8,526 bases of DNA from Fonticula alba ATCC 38817 (Eukaryota > Protista > Nucleariida): NCBI GenBank assembly GCA_000388065.2, contig KB932207.1. One strand, given 5' to 3'. The position numbers were made by a program, and so were the translations under genes. Within the stretch, counting starts at the first letter, position 1. Each line of letters begins with the position of its first letter. Below, piece by piece: positions 1-6,820 of this stretch. The notes under the pieces are model-generated. The model saw only the letters and a program-made list of their open reading frames with translations. It had not been told where the DNA came from and ran no database searches.

Positions 1-254
1 GGGGGGCAATCTCGTGAAGCCCCCGTCTCCGGGCCTCGCATGGGGGAAACAACAAAGGGGCGAGGCGGAAACAGACTCAAGGGCGGGCGCCAGCCACCCC
101 CGGGGACAGGGACGAGCTGGGGGTGGGGGCCATTCGCCTGACTCAGCGGTGTGACCACGGGCAAAGAGGTCCTTAACCGAACGCCCCCACTTAACCCGAG
201 CGTCGTAGCTACTGTGCTATCGAAAGGCCAACGCCGGGGCCATGTGCCCGCGCG

Positions 255-261
255 AAAAAAA
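255..261 (-). terminator. RNA polymerase III terminator (T7) of tRNA-Asp
   Basis: A7 on + reads TTTTTTT on -, 5 nt after the tRNA-Asp 3' end. Oligo-T is the established Pol III terminator. Confidence 0.75.
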
Positions 262-266
262 GCATG

Positions 267-338
267 CTCCCGATCCGGGAATTGAACCCGGGCCTCCCGC
301 GTGACAGGCGGGGATTCTCACCACTATACTAATCGGGA
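267..338 (-). tRNA. tRNA-Asp (anticodon GTC), 72 nt, no intron, CCA not encoded
   Basis: The reverse complement folds as TCCCGAT TA GTAT AGTGGTGA GAAT C CCCGC CT-GTC-AC GCGGG AGGC CCGGG TTCAATT CCCGG ATCGGGA G. It has a perfect 7-bp acceptor stem, 5-bp anticodon and T stems, discriminator G, and eukaryotic A/B boxes. Confidence 0.96.
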
Positions 339-376
339 TGGTGTGCTGGATGCCTGGCCGAGGGCAGGCTATTTTA

Positions 377-431
377 CTGCTGCTGCCGCTGCCGCTGCTG
401 CTGCCGCTGCTGCTGCTGCTGTTGTTGCTGT

Positions 432-505
<74 letters not shown>

Positions 506-574
506 CTGTTGTTGTTGCTGTTGCTGCTGCTGCTGTTGCTGTTGCTGCTGCTGCTGCTGCTGCTGCCGCTGCCG
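377..574. repeat. Interrupted trinucleotide repeat, 66 triplets (46 CTG, 15 TTG, 5 CCG on +; CAG/CAA/CGG on -)
   Basis: Counted directly. On - it reads as a Gln tract (53 uninterrupted Q at 407-565) ending in TAA at 374-376. Confidence 0.95.
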
Positions 575-2378
575 CGCCGCTGCCGCGCCGGACCTCTCTC
601 GACCCCCCCGGCCCGAGGTTGCCTGACTCCGCGCGAACCTCCCGCAAAGGGCCCTCGCGCGGACTCCCCCAGCACCGCCCCAACTTGCCCGGCCAAACGC
701 CCGCACATGCCGAGGAAGTGCCTGGCGCGTGCGGCCCTGCAGGGGCGGGCCTGGGGGAGTCCATTCGTTCGGGCCACTCCGGCGTCAGCGCGACCTTGGG
801 GTGGGAACATTTTTTTTTCCCGCTTCCTCGCCGGCACACCCCGGCATGCCGGTTGCCCGGAGGCCATCCACGACTCTCATGCCTGCCGGTGTCGGTGATG
901 GCCTCGTCGAGACTGCCCTGAGTGCTGCGATCTCCCGGGCCCGGGGGCGTGACAGCATGGCCTTTCCCCGCGCCCAAAGCAAGGCACACCCCTCCCCCCG
1001 ATGCCGGCGCACACCCCACCACCAGATCCCTGGCCCCCCCCCCCCCTCCCTCAAAGCAAGTGGCTGCCATCCCCTCGCGCATGTTCACAGGTGCGCACGC
1101 GTGCCGGCACACGCACAGTCGCACTCACTTGGGCTGCTGCCTTCCCGGCAGGGGGCAGCACCCGCTTCCTGCCCGGCACGGGCCATTGTCACGCCGGATG
1201 GGCCATCGTGCGGGGGCCCCGGCGGGCCGATTGCCATCCGGGCGCATGGGGCCTGGGAAATAAAACCGACCCCGGCCCCGAGTACTATCCCATGCGGACC
1301 ACCCCTCAGGAAGGGGTCGCCACGGTGGAGGCGCATGCGATGAGCGTGTCGTGCGCGAGTCCCCTCCTCGCGCGCTCCCCCGCGGAGCCATGCGCAAGGG
1401 CCAACGTGAAAGGGGCCGGCTGCCCTTGTGAATTGCCCATGGCCCGGGAGGGACACCCGCCCGGCGACTCGACCCGCGGCCGATCGCCAGGCATCCCCAC
1501 CCGACAGGGCCGCGCCCCCGGCGCGAGGAGGCCGCCCGGGGCCGAGCCCCGCGCCAGTGCCCATCCACTCGGTCCTCGAGCGAGGGCGCCCCACGCCCCA
1601 CGTCGCCCAGCCCCCGCCCGAGGACCCTTCTTGAAGGCGCTCCCCGCCTGGCGGCTGGGCTGCCGATCCGACGCTCCGCACCCGGGGGCCCCTGCCCGCC
1701 GGGCACACACCCCGCACGGCAGGCCAGGCCGAAGGCCGCATCCCGGCCGGGCGCATCTCGACGCGGCGGACAGAGCCGCCGAGCAAAAGGAACGAGCACC
1801 TGGCATGCGCTCGATCTTGGGGCCGCACTCGGGGAGCATGGCTGCCCGCGCCAGAATCACTCCGGCAGAACCGGAAAGCCGACCAACCACACGCCAATGG
1901 GCTAGATTCATGTACCGACATGCATTGGACCCAGGTCGGCCATGTGCCACCGAAAGGCGGGCTCGCGGTGGCCCCCGCCCCTGGGGCCGGAGGCCGGGCC
2001 ACAGCCAGGCTCCCCTCCGGGCGGGTCTTCCCCGAGCAGCTGCCACCTCGCCCCGTGTGCCGCCGGCCGCCGACAATCGTCCCGGGCCCTCTTCTACCGG
2101 GTTGTGGCGGGTGGCCTTTCCGACGGGTGGCCTGTCCCCGGCCCTTTCCCTTTCTCTCGCCCCCGCCGCCACAAGGCAGCCACTGGAGCTCCCTGGCCCT
2201 TTCCCCGCGGCCAGGGAGAGCATGGCATGAGGGCCTCTCGGCGTGGAGGGACGGCGTGCACGGCGGCCATCTCCCGCTTTGCCGTGCCTTCACCTCGCAG
2301 GATGGGGCGCCCCCTCCCGGTGTGGAGGAGGACCGGCCGAGGGTGCCCCCGTGCGGGACGTGCGAGCCACTCAACCAC

Positions 2379-2384
2379 ATATAA
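2379..2384 (+). promoter_or_regulatory. TATA-like element about -32 to -27 upstream of tRNA-Lys
   Basis: ATATAA in an otherwise very GC-rich context, at the spacing known for TBP/TFIIIB upstream elements of plant and fission-yeast tRNA genes. Function is inferred. Confidence 0.4.
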
Positions 2385-2410
2385 GAGCCCTGGATCGAGG
2401 TCCAGCAACA

Positions 2411-2483
2411 GCCTGTTTAGCTCAGTTGGTAGAGCATGGGACTCTTAATCCCAGGGTCGTGGGTTCGAGCCCCACAGTGGGCT
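2411..2483 (+). tRNA. tRNA-Lys (anticodon CTT), 73 nt, no intron, CCA not encoded
   Basis: GCCTGTT TA GCTC AGTTGGTA GAGC A TGGGA CT-CTT-AA TCCCA GGGTC GTGGG TTCGAGC CCCAC AGTGGGC T. The D, anticodon and T stems are perfect. The acceptor stem has three G-U pairs. Confidence 0.92.
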
Positions 2484-2493
2484 TACACTCTCA

Positions 2494-2497
2494 TTTT
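2494..2497 (+). terminator. Probable Pol III terminator (T4) of tRNA-Lys
   Basis: First T run downstream, 10 nt after the tRNA end. It has only four T, so it is weak. Confidence 0.45.
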
Positions 2498-3066
2498 GCC
2501 GCCCCGTTTGCCCTCTCCCTCCACCCCGCCGCGTGTTCTGGGATCCCCGTCCTCCCCCTGCGAGGGGGGAGACGCCCGCGCCCGGTGCCCGGGGGGGGGC
2601 GGGGGCACCATGTGAGGGTCGCTTGTCCCGACGAGAGAGCCTACGCGCGGGGGGGCGCAGAGGGGCCAACGGCGCGTGTGCAGAGGCGGGGGCCGCGCGG
2701 ACTGACGGCATCGACGCGCGCACCCCTTCGCCGGGGGGGGCCTTGCGATTGTATCGTTTTATCGCCCAGGGGCGTGGCCAGCGGGGGCCCGCTCGCGCGG
2801 GAGTCCCCAGGCAGATCGCGCGCGCCGAATGCCAGGAACATGCCCGAGGCTGCTGGCGGGTGCCACCCCCGCCGGGGAGGGCCCCGGGGGACGTTGAAGC
2901 CCGGGGGGCGGAGGGGCGCCCACGCACCAGCCAGGGCCGTGGGTTGCCCCGAGAAGAGCGAACTGCCCGCGTCCCCGCCATCGGAACCTGTATTCCGGAC
3001 CGCGCCATACACACCAATTATTATTCCTCTTTTTCGGCCCTTTCTCCCCTTTGTCTGCGTTTGCAG

Positions 3067-6000
3067 ATGGCTCGCTTTCCCGGCGAGAGGTTCCTCGTCT
3101 GGGGTGCCCCGGCCATGGTGGCCTGTCCCGGGCTCCCCGGCCCTCGCGGCCGCCACAGGCTTTTTGGGCGGCCTCCCCCCCCCCCCCCCCCCCCCCCCCC
3201 GCCCCCCCGCTCCCCCCGCTCCTCGCCTGTTCCGGCTCCTCTCGCCGTCGTGTGCCCATTGCACGGTCACGAGCAGCAAGCCATCCATCCAAACCAGATC
3301 CCCATCATCCAATCGGAATTCCTGCCCTCAACCAAGGACATCAACTTTGCTCTGCGCGTTGTTGACGGCTACATCAATTCCTCGTACCATGGCCTTGGTG
3401 CTTTCAGCGTCGACGGCAAGGTCATTGATTTGCCCGGTTCGTCCCTGCGTCTTTTTTTTTTCACCTGCCCCCGCCCCCCTTTCATGTGCGGTGCCTGACC
3501 CTTGTGCTTTTGACATCTCCCTCGTCGCCCCCCCCCCCCCCCGCCCTCCCCTGCCGGTGGCATTGGCAGTCGTCAAGTGGGCCCTGCGCATCCTGACCCG
3601 GGCGCAGTATGCCCTCGACCAAAACCCCTCGATGCTGCCGAGTGACATTGGCGCACTCAAGGGGCTCCAGCACGCGGCTTCCCTGTCAAGCGGAGGGGGC
3701 AGCGGCCCCGGCGGCCCCGGCGGCCTGTCCGGCGCGGCCGGGCCCCCTCCCGGAGGAGCAGCGCCCCCGAGCACATCGGCTCCGGCGGGCGCTGCCGCGG
3801 CGGCCGGTGCCGCGGCGGCCGAGCTGATCGCCACGTCGGTGGTCGATGAGGAGCAGCGGCTCCTGACCGAGGAGCAGCGTGTGCCGCCGGGCGGGCTGGC
3901 GCGCCCGGCCTCCCTGGCCGGGGTATCGGCGGTCCATCCTGCCGCTCAGCCGGCGCCGGAGTCCCTGTTGAAGTCTCTTGGCCGGTCGGTGGCCGGGTCG
4001 ACGGCCCTCGCTGCCATGGCCACCTCCCTCGGATCGATTGCCTCGTCGCTGACCACGCGGTCGGGGGCCGGGGCGGTGGCGCACGACGCCGACTCGGGCT
4101 CCGACTCGGGCATCGACGCGCGGTCCTTCGCGTCGGAGGCCGCGGCGCTGGAGTCCTACCCGGCCACCTACCCCGGCGGCCTGGAGCAGGACCTGGAATT
4201 CCCGTCGTCCGAGCCGATCATCGACGCCGGGGCCTTGTCCTCGCGCGACATGCACCTTCTGTCGGACAGCGGGGACTTCGCCGATGCCATGCATCATCAC
4301 CACCCCCATCACCCGGCGTCTGTGCACCTGGAGCAGCAGCCGCAGCAGCAGCCGCAGCAGCAGCCGCAGCCGCAGCCGCAGCCGCAGCCAGCGGCCGCAG
4401 CCGCTCAAATGCCCGGACATCATACGCATGAGCACTACGCGTCGTCCGTGCAGGTGCCGCCGGCCTCGCCACAGGAGCAGCACTTCCATCACTTGGACCA
4501 CCAGCAGCACCATCACCATCATATGCTGCACTCGCACGTGTCGTCCGGAAGCGACTCCGAGCTGGCCAGCCTCTCCGGGGTGGGCATTTCCCCCTCGGAG
4601 GCGGGCCCAGTCGGCGGGGCCATCTCGGCCGATGGGTCTTCCTCGGTCAGCTCAATCGGAGGCGGGTTGAGCGACACCTTGTCCTCTGGGTCCTCCTCTG
4701 GCGGGGCCTCTTCCGTCTCGGGCTTTGATTCGCATGTCAGCGGTACGTGTCCTTGTTGTCTCCGCCATTCGTTTATGGTGGTGTGTGTCGTTGTGTGTGT
4801 CGTTATGTGTGTCGTTGTGTGTGTCGTTGTGTGTGTCGTTGTGTGTGTCGTTGTGTGTGTCGTTGTGTGTGTATTGTTGTATGTCGTTGTGTGTGTATTG
4901 TTGTATGTCGTTGTGTGTGTGCCGTTGTGTGTGTGTGTCGTTGTGTGCGCATGTGTGCGCATGCGTGTCGTTGTGTGCGCATGTGTGTGTATGTGTGTGT
5001 ATGTGTGGGTGCGCACGCGCGCGCGGGGCAGAAAAGGGCATCCCGCTTGTCGCTGCCCCCGCCCGCTGCCCCCGCCCGCTGCCCCCCTTCCTCTTTGGCT
5101 GGCCGGGCTGTGTGCCACTCGGCGCCCGCGCTCTGCCCTTGTGTGTTTGTGAGCCCCTTGTCCCCTGTCCTCATACTGTGTCCCCCCCCCCTTCTCGATG
5201 CTGCTCCCGCTGCGCTATGTGCCGCCCCCCCCCCCTGCCTCTTCCTTGCCTGTGCTTGCTCCTCTTCGCCTGCTGTGCCATATTCTCCCAGAGCATCACT
5301 TCGATGAGCAGCAATTCCCCGTCCATGAGAGTGTCGACGACTTTTCGGTGAGTATTTGAGCGCGCGGCGCATCCACGTTGTGGATCCCGCTCTCGCAGCC
5401 GTTGACGCGCCTTGTCGCCGCGCCGCTCCCTTTCCTCGCATCCTTCGACTGACTCTCTTCATGGCTCTCGCCCTCTCCTGCTTCTCCTCGCGCATGGATA
5501 GACCTCGACGGATACCGCCACTGAGTATGGCGCGGCCCTGGATTCCCCCTCTGGCGTGGCCCTTCCGCCATTGGTATCCACCTCCGACCATGATGTCCTG
5601 GATGCCTTCCTCGACCGGAGCGACTCGGGTGATGTGGATTATCTGGTGCGTCCCGATTTCCCTGCTCTCTTGGTGCCGATGTCGCAGCTCCTGCCCGCCC
5701 GCCCGCCCGCCTCCTCCCTCCCTCCCCCTCCCCCTCTCTCCCTCACACACTTTCTCCTCTTCAAACCCACCTTCGCATGGCATAGAGCTCCGCCACGGCG
5801 GACCTCACCCCGGCGGCCATCTCCTCAGCGGCTTACTCCTCGGCCGAGATGTACAGCGACATCGGCGGCATGGACAGCAGCTCCTTGCCACACTCCTCCG
5901 GTGACGCCGGCACATACCACCACCATCACCACCACCATGGCCACATGCACCTGGACCACCACCATGGCCACATGCACATGGACCATCACCACCATCATCG

Positions 6001-6598
6001 CAGCCACATGCACCTGGATCACCACCACCACCACCACCACCACCACCAGATGGACCACCATCACCTGGACCCGCTGGCATCCTACTCGGCCTCTGCCTAC
6101 CCCTCGGCCAGCAACCTGCACGAGGACTACCTCCGGCGCCATGAGTCGGCGGCCGCCGGCGGCGGCGGCGTCGGCGCATCATCCGACGACACCTTTGCCT
6201 CGAGCCTGGCGGCGGCCTCCTCGGCGGCCTACTCCGCATACCCGATCGACAGCGCGTCGGCCCTGATGGACATCGGCCTGTCCATGCGATCGTACGACTC
6301 GGGGGTGACCACGGACTCGCTTGCCTCGACCGGCGGCGGGTCCTCGGCCATTGTCTCCGGTGGGGGGGCCGGGTCTTTGTCATCTTTGTCGGCGCTGTCG
6401 GCCCCGACGGACTCGTTGTCGTCACTGTCGGCGGCGGCAGCCGTGTCGGAATCCCGGTCCTTGTCTTCCTCTCCCTCGTCCTCCGGTTCCGTCTCAGATC
6501 TCAGTTCTCCCTCGCTCACGGGGTCCTCCTCCTCGTCGTCCTCTTTGTCCTCCTCCTCCTCCTCCTCCTCCTCCTCCTCCTCCAGGTCTTCCTGGTAG
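3067..6598 (+). CDS. Provisional spliced gene: CitE/CLYBL-like C-terminal segment fused to a long low-complexity Ser/Ala/Gly/His/Gln tail; join(3067..3436,3570..4742,5292..5347,5502..5645,5786..6598), about 851 aa
   Basis: Four GT-AG introns (3437-3569, 4743-5291, 5348-5501, 5646-5785) have donors GTTCGT, GTACGT, GTGAGT and GTGCGT and compatible phases (1,1,0,0), giving one open frame to TAG 6596-6598. ATG 3067 is in frame with the CitE exon but reads through an unreliable 26-C run, so the 5' end is uncertain. Confidence 0.6.
3175..3200. repeat. 26-nt poly-C run, followed by further C tracts
   Basis: Direct. Length is probably unreliable. Similar runs occur at 1034-1046, 3528-3542, 6821-6840, 7188-7201 and both window ends. 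Confidence 0.9.
3274..3436 (+). CDS. citE: Exon encoding the C-terminal part of a citrate lyase beta / malyl-CoA lyase family protein (CitE/CLYBL-like)
   Basis: [54 protein letters not shown], spliced to [12 protein letters not shown], matches the family pattern K-x-x-IHPxQ...F-x-P...G-x-GAF-x-x-x-G-x-MID-x-P...A-x-x-IL. This is recognised from memory of CitE/CLYBL, not from a database search. Orthology is not established. Confidence 0.82.
3570..4742 (+). CDS. Large exon: last CitE-like helix, then Gly/Ala/Ser/Pro-rich, QP-repeat and His-rich sequence
   Basis: The acceptor GGCAG ends at 3569 and the donor GTACGT starts at 4743. This is the stop-free internal part of ORF 2243..5152, and G|TC restores Val in DLP-V-V-K. 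Confidence 0.8.
4334..4390 (+). repeat. Coding CAG/CCG repeat ([19 protein letters not shown])
   Basis: Direct, in frame within exon 3570-4742. Confidence 0.85.
4781..5008. repeat. Intronic GT-rich minisatellite: 7 x 12-mer GTGTGTGTCGTT, 2 x 24-mer GTGTGTGTATTGTTGTATGTCGTT, then degenerate 10-mers
   Basis: Units counted directly: 4781-4864 (one copy starts with A), 4865-4912, then GTGTGCGCAT/GTGTGTGTAT variants. Confidence 0.92.
5292..5347 (+). CDS. 56-nt internal exon ([19 protein letters not shown])
   Basis: Pyrimidine tract plus CCCAG acceptor, and GTGAGT donor at 5348. Phase 1 in and phase 0 out fit the neighbouring exons. Confidence 0.7.
5502..5645 (+). CDS. 144-nt internal exon ([48 protein letters not shown])
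   Basis: TAG acceptor ends at 5501 and GTGCGT donor starts at 5646. Phase 0/0, acidic Ser/Asp composition like the adjacent exons. Confidence 0.75.
5786..6598 (+). CDS. Terminal exon: His-rich repeats and poly-Ser tail
   Basis: TAG acceptor ends at 5785, in frame with ORF 5849..6598. Stop TAG at 6596-6598. Confidence 0.8.
   Translation, partial: SSATADLTPAAISSAAYSSAEMYSDIGGMDSSSLPHSSGDAGTYHHHHHHHGHMHLDHHHGHMHMDHHHHHRSHMHLDHHHHHHHHHQMDHHHLDPLASYSASAYPSASNLHEDYLRRHESAAAGGGGVGASSDDTFASSLAAASSAAYSAYPIDSASALMDIGLSMRSYDSGVTTDSLASTGGGSSAIVSGGGAGSLSSLSALSAPTDSLSSLSAAAAVSESRSLSSSPSSSGSVSDLSSPSLTGSSSSSSSLSSSSSSSSSSSSRSSW
5918..6070 (+). repeat. Coding His-rich tandem repeat, unit about H(n)-[G/RS]-H-M-H-[L/M]-D
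   Basis: The 27-nt units at 5930-5956 and 5957-5983 differ at one base. A third, diverged copy and an H9 run follow. Confidence 0.85.
6548..6583 (+). repeat. (TCC)12 microsatellite encoding poly-Ser
   Basis: Direct, in frame just before the stop codon. Confidence 0.9.
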
Positions 6599-6731
6599 GG
6601 CAGCCGCGGCCGTGGGGTCGCGGCGGTCGCCACCGATGCAGGAAAGAGCCCGGGGCCGCCAGCGCCGATATATACCTCGCATGCGGTGGGGCGCGCTCGT
6701 TCTTCCCGATTGGAGTGGCCAAAGGGTGAAC

Positions 6732-6737
6732 AATAAA
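6732..6737 (+). promoter_or_regulatory. Possible polyadenylation signal AATAAA
   Basis: About 135 nt downstream of the TAG stop, in a local AT-rich patch. Use of this signal in this organism is unknown. Confidence 0.35.
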
Positions 6738-6810
6738 TTCAGCCACAAATACATGTGGGCCTAAGGAAGGATATACCACGCATCGATGTGCATTTCCCAT
6801 GCCGTAGGGA

Positions 6811-6820
6811 NNNNNNNNNN
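6811..6820. other. Assembly gap (10 N) followed by G20
   Basis: Direct. Confidence 1.

Noticed and set aside
374-376. TAA directly after poly-Gln as a sign of TAR=Gln codon reassignment
   Set aside because: About 2.3 kb of phased coding exons with many Gln contain no internal TAA or TAG, and TAG ends the frame at a plausible position. The standard code explains everything seen.
301-921. Plus-strand poly-Ala and poly-Leu ORFs (301..921, 338..898), signal-peptide or membrane-like
   Set aside because: They are translations of the CTG/TTG repeat, start inside the antisense of tRNA-Asp, and lack recognisable flanking protein sequence.
900-924. GLVETALS resembling the CitE ETAxG motif as a distant upstream exon
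   Set aside because: Short match with no Gly at the conserved position, no adjacent acceptor or GTNNGT donor, and no other barrel motifs nearby.
1001-2380. Long overlapping ORFs on both strands between the tRNAs (1001..2230, 1085..2380, 1306..2223) and after the gap (7053..7970 and others)
   Set aside because: Arg/Pro/Gly/Ala-rich translations open in several frames at once, as expected from stop-codon scarcity at high GC. No domain, transposase or reverse-transcriptase motif is recognised.
2619-3089. Short imperfect direct repeat TCGCTT(G)TCCCG(A/G)CGAGAG at 2619-2637 and 3072-3089
   Set aside because: A single ~18-nt similarity in GC-rich DNA, with no target-site duplication, terminal repeat structure or further copies.
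4781-4912. CRISPR-like or telomeric array
   Set aside because: Units are directly tandem with no unique spacers, do not match a TTAGGG-type repeat, and lie inside an intron.
2243-5152. 969-aa ORF as a single-exon gene
   Set aside because: It runs through tRNA-Lys, the upstream region, intron 3437-3569 and the GT minisatellite. Only 3572-4742 behaves as coding sequence, and the CitE motif lies in a different frame.
4519-5783. His/Thr and Cys/Val repeat ORFs (4519..5118, 4652..5041, 4725..5351, 4747..5307, 4803..5783)
   Set aside because: Translations of the intronic GT minisatellite in different frames.
6229-6633. Minus-strand poly-Glu/Asp ORF and other antisense ORFs (3328..3834, 3686..4537, 5805..6425, 5825..6142)
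   Set aside because: Antisense shadows of the GC-rich, Ser/His-repeat exons on +.
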